The translations under genes were made by a program, and so were the position numbers. 64,000 bases of DNA from an uncultured Chloroflexia bacterium (GTDB lineage Bacteria; Chloroflexota; Limnocylindria; Limnocylindrales; CSP1-4): contig CAVVCZ010000006.1 in NCBI GenBank assembly GCA_963746845.1, forward strand, positions 384,001 through 448,000, given 5' to 3'. Positions 54,474 through 64,000 of this stretch are shown here, piece by piece. Within the stretch, counting starts at the first letter, position 1, and each line of letters starts with the position of its first letter. The notes under the pieces were generated by a model, which had not been told where the DNA came from, did no database searches, and saw only the letters and a list, made by a program, of their open reading frames with translations.

Positions 54474-55405
54474 TGCTCCGCGGGGCGCTCCTGTCGTTCC
54501 GGATCCAGCGCTTCGAGACGACGCTCGTCATCCTCGCCGCGGTCCTGTCGGTCCTGGTCTCCGCCGTCGTGATCTGGGCGTTCGGTGCGGGGAACTACGC
54601 TCGGTGTCTGAGCGACGACCCGGCAGCGTTCGGGAGCGCGTGTCAGACCGGCGTCTATCCGTTGCTCAACCGGATCGCGCGACTCTCGCTGTCGATCGTC
54701 CCGGTCTTCCCGCTCGTGGCCGGCCTCCTCGCCGGCAGCCCGATCGTCGCGCGCGAGCTGGAGACGGGGACCGCCCGGCTCGCCTGGTCGCTCGGACCGT
54801 CACGACTACGTTGGCTCGCCCAGCGGGCGCTGCCGATCCTCGCGGTCGTCGCCCTCGCGTCGCTGGCGATCGGCCTGACGGCCGAGGCGCTGACCCATCT
54901 CCTGCGGCCGACGGTCGACCTGGACCAGTCGTTCGTCGGGTTCCGCGGCCGCGGACTCCTGATCGCGGTCGAGGCGATCCTCGTCGCCTCCGTGGCGCTC
55001 GCGCTCGGGGCGATCGTCGGTCGATCGGGGCCGACCCTCCTCTTCAGCCTGATCCTCGTCTTCGCGATCGGGATGGCCGTCGACAAGGTCGAACGCGAGC
55101 TCCTCACGAACGAAGCGGTGGCGGCGGACGCCAACGAGTTCCCGTACGACGACGCGAACTATGTCGTCGACAACCGGCTGCGCTTCCCCGACGGGACGAT
55201 CCTGACGTGGGAGGTGGCGATGGCCACCCATCCCGAAATCCAGAATGGCTGGGACGAATTGAGCGGGATCGCGGGCGTCGTGCTGTATGTCCCCGGGGCG
55301 CGCTACCACGACGTCGAACGACGGGAGGCGCTGGCGATGCTCGCGATCTCCGCCCTGTTCGTCGCGCTGGCCGCCGTGTCGGTCCTCCGACGACGGCCCC
55401 GCTGA
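54470..55405 (+). CDS. ABC transporter permease
   Basis: ATGA overlap; PIVARELETGTARLAWS..SRLRWL motif; several TM helices. Confidence 0.85.
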   Translation: MMLRGALLSFRIQRFETTLVILAAVLSVLVSAVVIWAFGAGNYARCLSDDPAAFGSACQTGVYPLLNRIARLSLSIVPVFPLVAGLLAGSPIVARELETGTARLAWSLGPSRLRWLAQRALPILAVVALASLAIGLTAEALTHLLRPTVDLDQSFVGFRGRGLLIAVEAILVASVALALGAIVGRSGPTLLFSLILVFAIGMAVDKVERELLTNEAVAADANEFPYDDANYVVDNRLRFPDGTILTWEVAMATHPEIQNGWDELSGIAGVVLYVPGARYHDVERREALAMLAISALFVALAAVSVLRRRPR

Positions 55406-55438
55406 GGGATCGCCGGGCCCGGCGTCGATAATCCGCCC

Positions 55439-56389
55439 GTGACCAGCGCCCTCCTCGCCTTCGACGACGCCGGCAACCGGCTGTTCGCCGCGCTCCGGCG
55501 CGCCGCGGTTGCGGCCCGGCTGCCGTCGCTGGCGCGGCTCGAGACGCCGCCCTGGGTCGGGATCGCGCTGGCGATCGCCGGCTGGGCGCTGATCGTGTGG
55601 TTCAGCGAGCCGTGGGGCCGGCTGTGGGGCACCGGCCAGGATGCCCGCTGCTACTGGCAGGCGACCCTCGCCGATCCGTACCTCCACTCCGACTGGAACG
55701 ACCCGATCGCCTTCGTCTACTCGCCCGCCTTCCTCCAGCTCGTCTCGCCGCTGACGGCCCTCCCGTGGCAGGCGTTCATGGCCGTCTGGACGGCGCTCCT
55801 CGTGCTCGCCGTCCGGGTGCTGACCGGGCCGCGTCTGCTCGCCGCCGGGCTCCTCTTCCCGTTCGCGGCGATGGAGGTGGCCGGCGGCAACGTGTCGCTG
55901 CTGCTCGCCGTCGCGATCGTCGTCGGGTTCCGCTGGCCGTGGACCTGGTCGCTCGTGCTCCTGACGAAGATCACGCCCGGCATCGGGCTGCTGTGGTTCG
56001 CGGTTCGGGGCGAGTGGCGCTCGCTGGCCATCGCGCTGGGCGCAACCGCGGCAATCGTCGCCGTGTCCTTCGCGACGATGCCGGACCAGTGGCGGACGTG
56101 GGTCGACGTCGTGATCCGGAACGTCGAGGCGGGCCGGGCCGGGACGTGGGCCTCTCTGCCGATCCCGCTGCTCGTCCGGATGCCGGTCGCGATCGTGGTC
56201 GTCGTGTGGGGCGCGCGGACGGATCGGCCGTGGACGGTGCCCGTCGCGTCGATGATCGCGCTGCCGGCCGTCTGGTACGGCGGCCTGTCGATGCTGCTGG
56301 CCGTCATCCCGCTCCTGGGCGGCGGACGCGGCGTGGGCCGGTGGGCGCTCCGAGGGTTGGAGCCCGCGCCGGCTCCGACGCGCGGCTGA
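55439..56389 (+). CDS. Glycosyltransferase family 87 (DUF2029)-like GT-C membrane protein
   Basis: DARCYW, FVYSPAF, GNVSLLL, LLTKITP, EWRSL; polytopic. Confidence 0.75.
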   Translation: MTSALLAFDDAGNRLFAALRRAAVAARLPSLARLETPPWVGIALAIAGWALIVWFSEPWGRLWGTGQDARCYWQATLADPYLHSDWNDPIAFVYSPAFLQLVSPLTALPWQAFMAVWTALLVLAVRVLTGPRLLAAGLLFPFAAMEVAGGNVSLLLAVAIVVGFRWPWTWSLVLLTKITPGIGLLWFAVRGEWRSLAIALGATAAIVAVSFATMPDQWRTWVDVVIRNVEAGRAGTWASLPIPLLVRMPVAIVVVVWGARTDRPWTVPVASMIALPAVWYGGLSMLLAVIPLLGGGRGVGRWALRGLEPAPAPTRG

Positions 56390-56864
56390 CAGATTCCCGC
56401 CTCACGTCGACTACGGGACGGATCACCCGAATTGGGTGCCAGATCTTCACCGCCGGTCGACGAGGCACGATCGGAGGCTGCTCCGATCGGTCGTGCACGG
56501 CTTCCCACGCTCAGCGGCCGATGAAAGGAGCCGATTCGGAGCGCCGTCTGACGCCGGCTCGACACCCGGTGTCGATCTGTCATCGGATGGGCGGTCTCGG
56601 GCCGCTCCTCGACACGAGGCGCGAATCTGGCAGGCGTGCGTCCGGATCGGGCGGCGCCGGACCTGATCATTCGGCCATGGACGGACCGTTCGCGCGAGCC
56701 GGAACCGCCCCACGGACGCGAAACCCGCAGGCTCGTGCGAGGCCGAAGCGCGGTGGCGAGTGGATGACCCCTTCAGGCGACCCGCTTCGTGTGACAACGG
56801 TCCCGGGGTGACCGTCTGAGCGAGTCCGAGGGCGGGCCACGATGGCCGAATCGGCTCGGACCGC

Positions 56865-58163
56865 CTACGCGGCCGCGCCCTCCCCCATCCGCTCCGGCCG
56901 CACCCGGAGCGCCACGACCGCCGCCCCGATCAGGAACACCGCCGCCCCGGCAAAGAACGGCGCGCTCGTTCCGAAGGCCCCCGCGAGCGTCCCGCCGACC
57001 AACGGCCCGATGATGCCCGCGGCGTAGAGCGGGAGATAGACGAGGTTCAGCGTCTGGGACCGCCGCTCGATCGGCACCTCCGTCGCGAGCAGGCTGAAGA
57101 CCATCGCCCCGACCAGAGCGTTCGCGGCCGTGAACACCATGATCGAGAACGCCAGCGGCGGGATCGCCTGCACCAGCGGCGTCGCGATCAGCGCGAACCC
57201 GCCGACGACGAGCGCCGTCAGGAGCACCGGACGGAACCCGACCCGGTCGCTCACCCACCCGCCGATCGGGGAGAACGAGGCGCCGACCAGGCTCGCCAGG
57301 CCCACGACGACTCCGATCGTGGCCGCCAGCCCGGGCCCGCTCCCGACGATGTCCTCCACGAGGAGGGGCTGGTACGGTCGGCTCATCTGGTTGGCGAGGA
57401 ACGCCACCCCGTAGATCGCGAAGATCCGCCGGACGACGGGGTCCCCGAGGACGCCCCGCACGGCGCCGTACGCCAGCCTCAGGACCGGACCGGTCGGGAC
57501 GACGGCCGGACGGACCTCGGCGGCCCCGAACCACACGAGGAACGCCGTCCCGACCGACAACGCGGCGGAGACCCAGAACATCGCGGGCAGGCCGAAACCC
57601 AGCCCGTCCACGATGACCCCGCCGAGCAGCGGGCCGACGGCGAACCCGATCGGCCCGGCCACGCCGAACAGCGCGATCAGCGTCCCGACCCGCCGGCGCG
57701 GGACGACATCGCGGATCGCGCCGAGCATCACTCCGGTGTTCCCGAGCTGGAAGCCGATCAGGAGGAGGCTGAGCGCGAGCTGCCACGGCTCGCGTGAGAG
57801 CGCGACGCAGGCGAACACGAGCGCCTCGACGAGCGCGCTCCGGGCGATCACCGCCTTGCGCGAGTACTTGTCCGCCCAGACGCCCCACAGCGGCACGAGG
57901 GGCATGCCGACCACGAAGATCAGCGCCGAGAACAGCCCGACGAACGCGGCACGGTCCGCGTCCGGGACCCCCACGACCCGGAGATAGGCCGGAAGGTAGG
58001 CGAACACCTGGCTCACCCCGAGGCCCTCGACGAGCGAGGTGATCCAGTACACGACGAAGACGCGTCGCCAGTCCGATCGACCTTCGTCGCCCACGATGAA
58101 CGCGGGATCGGCGAGTGGGCCGGCGGCCCCCGGGCTGATGGTCGCGAGGTCGGTCGGCGGCAT
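56865..58163 (-). CDS. MFS transporter
   Basis: WGVWADKYSRK and GGWVSDRVGFR motif-A copies; ~12 TM; start set to ATG at 58163. Confidence 0.9.
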   Translation of the reverse strand: MPPTDLATISPGAAGPLADPAFIVGDEGRSDWRRVFVVYWITSLVEGLGVSQVFAYLPAYLRVVGVPDADRAAFVGLFSALIFVVGMPLVPLWGVWADKYSRKAVIARSALVEALVFACVALSREPWQLALSLLLIGFQLGNTGVMLGAIRDVVPRRRVGTLIALFGVAGPIGFAVGPLLGGVIVDGLGFGLPAMFWVSAALSVGTAFLVWFGAAEVRPAVVPTGPVLRLAYGAVRGVLGDPVVRRIFAIYGVAFLANQMSRPYQPLLVEDIVGSGPGLAATIGVVVGLASLVGASFSPIGGWVSDRVGFRPVLLTALVVGGFALIATPLVQAIPPLAFSIMVFTAANALVGAMVFSLLATEVPIERRSQTLNLVYLPLYAAGIIGPLVGGTLAGAFGTSAPFFAGAAVFLIGAAVVALRVRPERMGEGAAA

Positions 58164-58245
58164 GGCGCTGAAGACTATCTGACCCGACCCACGTGAACCG
58201 GCGCCCATCGACCGGACGTAGACTCGGCCAGGGAGGTGGTGAGGC

Positions 58246-59109
58246 ATGCTCGGTCGCTACGTGACCCGCGCCGTGGACGCGCAGAGTCGCTGGTCGAAGC
58301 CGTTCGGGGACTTCAACCACCGCTGGCTCGGCGCCCTCTTCCACGCGATGCGTCCGATCCAGCACTTCCTCAACGGGTCGTGGCTCGGCCACCCGGTCCA
58401 TGCGGTCGTCACCGACGTCCCGGTCGGCGCCCTCACCGTCTCGATCGTCGCCGACTTCATCGGCCAGCCGCTGGTCGCCGACATCTCGATGCTGCTCGGC
58501 GTCCTGGCGATGGTCGCCGCGGCCGTGACGGGCCTCGCCGACTATGCCGAGGTCGACGGGAACCCGCGCTCCCGCGCGACGGTCCACGGGACGCTGATGG
58601 TCGTCTCCCTCGTGCTGTATGCCGCCTCGCTCGTCCTCCGGGCCGGGAGCCCGGCCGATCGGCTCGTCCCGATCCTCCTGGCGGTCATCGGCTACCTGTT
58701 CCTCGCCGTCGGCGCGTTCGTCGGCGGCGACCTCGTCTTCCTCGCCGGGACGCACGTCGACCGGCATGCCTGGCGTGGCGCCGGCGCGAAGTGGATCGCC
58801 CTCGAGCTCGGCGGCCTCCCGGACATCCCGCAGGGCGGCCCGACGAAGCTGCGCGCCGGCATCAACGACCTCGCGGTGATCCGGGACGGCGACGCGATCC
58901 TCGCCGTCCACGCCCAGTGCGCGCACGCCGGCGGCCCGCTCGCGGAGGGATCGGTCGAGAACGGCGTGATCGAGTGCCCGTGGCACGGCTCGCGGTTCCG
59001 GATGGCCAACGGCCATGTCGCCCGTGGCCCGTCGGTGTACGACCAGCCCGCGTACGACGTCCGTCGTTCCGAGACCGGCGGTTGGGAGGTCCGGCGCCAG
59101 ACCGGTTGA
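58246..59109 (+). CDS. DUF2231-type membrane domain fused to a Rieske 2Fe-2S domain
   Basis: GHPVHAVVTDVPVG, TGLADY, VHG, GGDLV; CAHAGG and CPWHGSRF Rieske motifs. Confidence 0.9.
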   Translation: MLGRYVTRAVDAQSRWSKPFGDFNHRWLGALFHAMRPIQHFLNGSWLGHPVHAVVTDVPVGALTVSIVADFIGQPLVADISMLLGVLAMVAAAVTGLADYAEVDGNPRSRATVHGTLMVVSLVLYAASLVLRAGSPADRLVPILLAVIGYLFLAVGAFVGGDLVFLAGTHVDRHAWRGAGAKWIALELGGLPDIPQGGPTKLRAGINDLAVIRDGDAILAVHAQCAHAGGPLAEGSVENGVIECPWHGSRFRMANGHVARGPSVYDQPAYDVRRSETGGWEVRRQTG

Positions 59110-59271
59110 GGCAGGACCGGCTGACGCCGATCCGGGGCAGACCCGGCGATTTCGCCGCGTGTTTGCAACGCGGATCGGTGCATCCCGGCACCGACGACAA
59201 CCCGGGTATTGACGTACGATCGGGCCGGGCGCGATCCGAAGAATCCGAGCGCGCGATGTGGGGGAATCACG

Positions 59272-59805
59272 ATGAGTCACCTGTCCACCTCGGTCTCGGT
59301 GGATGCGCCACCGCATGTGGTCTACGACCTGATCGCGGACCCCGTGCGGGCGGCGGAATGGCAGACCCTTCTGGCGGAGATGGGGCCGATCTCCGGTCGG
59401 GCGGGGGGCATCGGCTCCAGCTACATCGGCTACTACCGGGTCGCCGGACGGAAGCTCCCCGCCCGGTTCGTGGTGACCGCCGCGGAGCGACCGAGCCTCC
59501 TCCAGGTCAACGGCACGACGACCGGCGGCTGGACCCGCTGGACGACGATGATCGAACCGTCCGGCGGCGGCTCGACGATCCGCGTCTCGATGGAGTACGA
59601 GCTGCCGGGCGAGATCGTCGGCTCCCTGTTCGGGATGCTCACCGGCAACCGGATCGAACGCGAGTTCCGGCGGTCGTACGACCAGCTGAAGCGGATCGTC
59701 GAGGGCGACGGCCTGGGCCCGGAGCCGCGCGCGCTCCGTCCGGTCGACGACCCGGCCGCCGACCGGACCGCCGACGAAGGGCGGGCGGAGGCGGCCGTCA
59801 GCTGA
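59272..59805 (+). CDS. SRPBCC/polyketide cyclase family protein
   Basis: SVSVDAPPHVVYDLIADP..AAEW, C-terminal helix YDQLKRIVE. Confidence 0.82.
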   Translation: MSHLSTSVSVDAPPHVVYDLIADPVRAAEWQTLLAEMGPISGRAGGIGSSYIGYYRVAGRKLPARFVVTAAERPSLLQVNGTTTGGWTRWTTMIEPSGGGSTIRVSMEYELPGEIVGSLFGMLTGNRIEREFRRSYDQLKRIVEGDGLGPEPRALRPVDDPAADRTADEGRAEAAVS

Positions 59806-60383
59806 GCCGCCCGCTCGACATCCCGGTTCCGGGCGTGGTCGTCCTCGTCGGCGCGGCCGGCGCGGGCAAGACGACGTTCGCCGCCCGGCGCTTCGACCCG
59901 GACGAGGTGCTCTCGTCGGACGACCTTCGCGCGGCCGTCAGCGGTGATGCGACCGACCAATCCGCGACCCGGACCGCGTTCTCGATCCTCCACCGGGAGC
60001 TGACCCGCCGGGTCGTCGCCGGGCGGCTCGTCGTCGTCGACGCCACGAGCCTCACCCCGGCGTCGCGCGCCGCGGTCCTGCACCGAGCGGCGATCGCCGG
60101 CGCCCGCGCCGTGGCGATCGTCCTCGTCCCGACCGCAGCCGAGGTCCATGCACGGAACCGGCGCCGTCCGGAGCGGACCGTCCCCGCGGACGTCATCGAC
60201 CGCCAGATCGCGGCCGCGGCGTCGCTCGGTGCCGATCCGGCGGCGATCGAGACGCGGCTGCGGTCCGAGGGGTTCGCCGCCGTCCGCGTCGTCTGGGGCG
60301 ACGATCCCGGCGCGGCCGACGATCTCGAGATCCGGCGGGTCGCCCGACCGGCGCGGGGGCAGCGTCCGGCGAACCGGCCCTAG
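59802..60383 (+). CDS. AAA_33 / polynucleotide-kinase-like P-loop kinase (start possibly CTG at 59802)
   Basis: VVLVGAAGAGKTT, LSSDDLR, VVVDAT, RNRRRPER.VP.DVI.RQ. Confidence 0.82.
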   Translation: MSRPLDIPVPGVVVLVGAAGAGKTTFAARRFDPDEVLSSDDLRAAVSGDATDQSATRTAFSILHRELTRRVVAGRLVVVDATSLTPASRAAVLHRAAIAGARAVAIVLVPTAAEVHARNRRRPERTVPADVIDRQIAAAASLGADPAAIETRLRSEGFAAVRVVWGDDPGAADDLEIRRVARPARGQRPANRP

Positions 60384-61300
60384 CTCGCGGGCACGGCCGA
60401 CCCGCCCGCGATCAGCACGACCGCGATGCCGGCCATGACGATCCCGACGAGGTGGCTCCGGGAGACCCGCTCGTGGAGCAGGGCGACCGCCAGCACGACC
60501 GTCGTCACCGGATAGAGCGAGCTCAGGGCCGCCGCGACGTCCAGCCGCCCCGCCTGGGTCGCGAGGACGTACAGGCCGTTGCCCGCGAGGTCGAGGAAGC
60601 CGACGGCGAGGACCGCCGGGAGCACCGATCGCGGGACCCGCCACGGACGGCGGCCCAGGACGACGATCAGGGAGATCGCGACGAGCGCCGCGACCTTGAT
60701 CGCGACGAGCGGCCACACGACGAGGTGCTCCGGGAACGCACCGACCGCGACGTTGAACAGCCCGAGCCCGAACCCGGCCAGCAGCGCGTACTCGATGCCG
60801 GACGGGCGGCCGCTCGGATCGTTGGAGCGGGACACCAGGATCACGGCGACGAGCGCGGCGACGATCCCGACGACCACCTCGGGCGGCGGCAGTCCCTGCC
60901 GGACGAACCCCACCGCGACCGGGATGCTCGCCGCGATCAACCCGGTGACGGGCGCGACCACTCCCATCCGACCGACCGCGAGGCCCTGGTACAGCCCGAG
61001 GATTCCGGCGACGCTCAGCGTTCCGGCGACCAGCGCGAGGGCCAGGGTCGTCGTACCCGGGAACCGCTCACCGGTCAGGATCGCCAGGGCGACCATGACG
61101 AGGACCCCGAGCCCGTCGACCCCGATCGCGATGCCCAGGACGGGCGCGCGGCGTCCGGTCCAGCCTCCCCCGAAGTCGCCGGCTCCCCAGGCGATCGCCG
61201 AGCCGAGACCGAAGGCGACGACGGCAAGCCCGGTGCCGGCCGGATCAGCCAGGAACGGCTCCGGCAGGTGCGGTCGCCGACTCGGCCGCGGGCGCGTCAT
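60380..61300 (-). CDS. EamA/DMT family transporter
   Basis: WGAGDFGGG, GRMGVVAP, SSLYPVTTV, LLHER. Confidence 0.88.
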   Translation of the reverse strand: MTRPRPSRRPHLPEPFLADPAGTGLAVVAFGLGSAIAWGAGDFGGGWTGRRAPVLGIAIGVDGLGVLVMVALAILTGERFPGTTTLALALVAGTLSVAGILGLYQGLAVGRMGVVAPVTGLIAASIPVAVGFVRQGLPPPEVVVGIVAALVAVILVSRSNDPSGRPSGIEYALLAGFGLGLFNVAVGAFPEHLVVWPLVAIKVAALVAISLIVVLGRRPWRVPRSVLPAVLAVGFLDLAGNGLYVLATQAGRLDVAAALSSLYPVTTVVLAVALLHERVSRSHLVGIVMAGIAVVLIAGGSAVPAS

Positions 61301-63452
61301 CGTCCGTCTCGGTCGGACCCTGCAACGAGAGGACCGCGTCGGCGGCGTCGTGGTACCGGTCCGACGTCGTCAGGTAGATGACCTGGAAGTCGCGGGCCAT
61401 CTCGCGGAGCAGCTCGAGGGCGCGGCCGGCCCGCTCCTCGTCGAGGGTCATGAACGGGTCGTCGAAGATCAGTGGCGGCCGCCGATCGCCCGTGACGAGC
61501 CGGACGAGCCCGAGGCGGGCGGACAGGTAGACGAGGTCGAGGGTGCCCTGGCTCAGCGAGCGCACGTCGACCCAGTCGCCCCGCTCGGGGGCGTGGAGGC
61601 GGATGTCGAGGGTCCGATCGTCGACCGAGACGCGTCGATAGCGGCCGCCGGTGATCCGCTCGACGTCGCCGACCATCCGTCGCTCGAGGAACCGGGTCGC
61701 GGTCTTCATCGTGGCCTGCTCCGCCACCTCGATCTCGCGGAGCGTCCGTTCGTAGATCCGGCTCCGACGCTGGAGCGCCACGAGCTGTTCGCGCCAGGCC
61801 GCGAGTCGCTCGGCGGCCCCGGCGACCTGCTCCGAGTCGACGCTGTTCGCATCGACGCGGGCGCGGGCGTTCGCCTCGTCGTCCCGGGCGCGCTCGAGGG
61901 CGATCTCGAGGTCGTGCGTCTCGACCTCCAGCCGCTCCCGCGCCCGGGGCTCCTTGGCGATCGGGCCGAGCGCCTCGACGGCGTGTGTCTTCTGCTCGAT
62001 GTCCAGCGCCGCCGCGTCCCGCAGCTTCGGCAGGGTCTCGATCGGCTCCTTGCCGACCAGCCCGTCCAGCTGGGCGGTCAGACGGTCGATCCGGCTGGCG
62101 TGGTCGCGCTCCGCCTCGAGGAGGGCCTCCGCCGAGGCGAGGTCCGGCAGCCCGAGCCCCATGAGCTGCTGCTCGGTATCCAGCTCGGCCTGGCGGAGGT
62201 CCGCCTCCATCTCGGACCGGCCCCGGAGCCGCCGGTCGATCTCGACGTCGCGCATCTCCTGCTGGACGCGGTCGCTCCGCCGGATCCACCAGGCGATGAG
62301 CGCGACGATCAGGCCGATCGCCGCGATGATCCCGCCGATGATCGTCGGGATCTGGCCGACGTCGACGACCCCGGCCGTGTCGAGCGCGAACGTGACGCCG
62401 GCCACGAGCAGCCCGACGACCAGCAGCACCACGCCGGTCCGCGAGAGCGGGCGCCACGACGGCGGCGGCGGGACCTCGAAGGTCACGTTCACCTCGCCGG
62501 ACAGGGCGCCGGTCAGGTCCTTGATCTTCGCGTCGAGGATCCGTAGCCGGTTGACGATCTGCTCGAGCACCGGCAACGGGTTGGCGGACGGGTGGCTGTT
62601 GCGGAGCCCACCGAGCTCCTGGGACACGGCCACCGCCTGGCGATAGCGGTCGAACCGCTCCTGGGCGCCGGCGCGCTCGACGGTCAGCCGCTCCGCCTGA
62701 CGCGCCTTCTCGAGGAGCGCCCGCCGCTCGACGAGGGACTTCTCCGTCTCCGTTCGGCGCTCGCGGGCGCTCGACAGCATGTCGCGATCGCGATCCAGCT
62801 GGGCCAGGGCCAGCTCGCCCTGCTCGACGGCCGCCTGGGACTGCTCGACCGCCTCCTCGGCGACCTTGAGACGCCCGGGGTTCTTGTCGCCCTTCGTGTT
62901 CAGGGCATAGATCGCCTTCTCGAGCGTCCGGCGCGCCCTCGACGTGCCCCGGTCGCCGCCGCTGATCGACGCCTGCAGCCGGTCACGCAGGGCGGCCTCA
63001 TCCCGATCGAGATCGGCCAGCTCCTGGTGACGGATGCTCGCGGTCGAGCGGAAGAACGCCTCGCTCGGGATGCCCGTCAGCTCCGCGAGCGCCTGGTCGG
63101 CCAGCGTCGGGTCGGTGATCGTCTCGCCATCGATCGAGAGGCTGACGGTGCCACGCGCGCCCCGGAACGCCTTCTCGAGCGTGCCGCTCCGGACGCCCCG
63201 GTCGTCGTCGTCGACCTCGAAGTCGACCGTGATCACCGGACGCGCGTCCTCACCGGCGTCCCATGGGCGGAGCGCGTCCATGTCCGCACCGCCGCTCGTC
63301 ACCTTCCGGGTGAGAGCCAGCTCGATCGCCCGCTGGATCGTCGTCTTGCCCGCCTCGTTCGGGCCATGGATGATCGTCAGGCCGGGCGACAGCGGGATCT
63401 CCAGCTCGCGGTACCGGCGGAAGTCCCGCAGGACCAGCCGGGTGATCCTCAC
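61245..63452 (-). CDS. SbcC/Rad50-like (YhaN-type) AAA ATPase with coiled coil and central TM hairpin
   Basis: MRITRL..RDFRRY, GPNEAGKTT, long coiled coil, LSQGT signature, LIFDDPF. Confidence 0.88.
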   Translation of the reverse strand: MRITRLVLRDFRRYRELEIPLSPGLTIIHGPNEAGKTTIQRAIELALTRKVTSGGADMDALRPWDAGEDARPVITVDFEVDDDDRGVRSGTLEKAFRGARGTVSLSIDGETITDPTLADQALAELTGIPSEAFFRSTASIRHQELADLDRDEAALRDRLQASISGGDRGTSRARRTLEKAIYALNTKGDKNPGRLKVAEEAVEQSQAAVEQGELALAQLDRDRDMLSSARERRTETEKSLVERRALLEKARQAERLTVERAGAQERFDRYRQAVAVSQELGGLRNSHPSANPLPVLEQIVNRLRILDAKIKDLTGALSGEVNVTFEVPPPPSWRPLSRTGVVLLVVGLLVAGVTFALDTAGVVDVGQIPTIIGGIIAAIGLIVALIAWWIRRSDRVQQEMRDVEIDRRLRGRSEMEADLRQAELDTEQQLMGLGLPDLASAEALLEAERDHASRIDRLTAQLDGLVGKEPIETLPKLRDAAALDIEQKTHAVEALGPIAKEPRARERLEVETHDLEIALERARDDEANARARVDANSVDSEQVAGAAERLAAWREQLVALQRRSRIYERTLREIEVAEQATMKTATRFLERRMVGDVERITGGRYRRVSVDDRTLDIRLHAPERGDWVDVRSLSQGTLDLVYLSARLGLVRLVTGDRRPPLIFDDPFMTLDEERAGRALELLREMARDFQVIYLTTSDRYHDAADAVLSLQGPTETDDDAPAAESATAPAGAVPG

Positions 63453-64000
63453 AGCGTGACCTCGTGACCGGCGAGAAGGAGCCGGCCGAGACGGAGGACG
63501 TCACGTAGCTCGGCCGCCTCGTCCGCGGTCGACGGCGAGCCGCCCGCCTCGAGCGTGGCGATCCGCGCCTCGACGTTCCGGATGAACGCGCCGGGGATCG
63601 TGTCCGGCGACGGCAGGACGCCGTTCGTCAGCGCGGGCAGCGATGTGTCCCGGACCCGCACCTTGAGGAAGCTGCTCTTCAGCCGGTCCTCGACCTCCTC
63701 GATGTGGATGTCGAGCTCGTCGGGACGGACGCCGGTGATCCGGGCATCGAGGACCAGGTCCGGGTCGGCGAGCGCGGACAGCCGGGCGAGCAACGCCGGC
63801 TGGTCGCCGATCGCGGCGGCGTCGACGTCCAGCTTGTCGAAGTGCGTCCGCGACACGGACCGCGGGTCGAGATTCACCGTCCGCGCCCCGCCCACCACCT
63901 CCAACGACACGATGACCGCCTTGCCGGCGCCGTCCTGCGTGACGGCCACCGGCTCCGGGGCGCCCGAGTAGGCGTAGGTCGTCGGCCCGGCGGTGCCCTG
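63449..64000 (-). CDS. SbcD/Mre11-like (YhaO-type) DNA repair exonuclease, C-terminal part; 5' end outside window
   Basis: TYAYSGAPEP motif at the window edge; GTGA coupling to the SbcC-like gene. Confidence 0.75.
   Translation of the reverse strand, partial: QGTAGPTTYAYSGAPEPVAVTQDGAGKAVIVSLEVVGGARTVNLDPRSVSRTHFDKLDVDAAAIGDQPALLARLSALADPDLVLDARITGVRPDELDIHIEEVEDRLKSSFLKVRVRDTSLPALTNGVLPSPDTIPGAFIRNVEARIATLEAGGSPSTADEAAELRDVLRLGRLLLAGHEVTL

Overview
Very GC-rich bacterial chromosomal segment. The gene repertoire suggests Chloroflexota (e.g. Limnocylindria) or an actinobacterium-like lineage; this is inference only. No rRNA, tRNA, CRISPR array, transposase or phage gene was seen. Layout: (1) 1-19 kb is an uncharacterised catabolic island with transaldolase, a stand-alone phospho-His 'PEP-utilising' enzyme, an HPr-kinase-like P-loop protein, a three-subunit xanthine-dehydrogenase-family Mo enzyme, a truncated PPDK fused to an Rv1126c-like domain, a MetE-like Zn enzyme, an MBL hydrolase, two SDRs, a DHDPS-family aldolase, a GMC oxidoreductase with small subunit, an ALDH, LacI and a CoA-transferase. 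(2) 19-26 kb has two ECF sigma/anti-sigma pairs flanking pyrG and a nitroreductase; the first ECF shares a TGGGACA-N19-TCT motif with a divergent small repeat-containing membrane protein. (3) 26-32 kb has EamA, small proteins and an ABC exporter. (4) 32-47 kb has psuG/pfkB divergent from a pentose-phosphate super-operon (tkt-rpiB-amidase-pgi-gnd-zwf-opcA-pgl-GNAT-hydrolase-citrate synthase) whose gaps are bridged by chained micro-ORFs. (5) 47-64 kb has a LuxR/flavoprotein/hydrolase cassette, corA, CDF, ABC, GT87, MFS, DUF2231-Rieske, SRPBCC, an AAA kinase, EamA and a membrane-anchored SbcCD/YhaNO-like pair. At least five genes carry single-base frameshifts that look like sequencing errors. All calls come from motif reading only; no database was searched.
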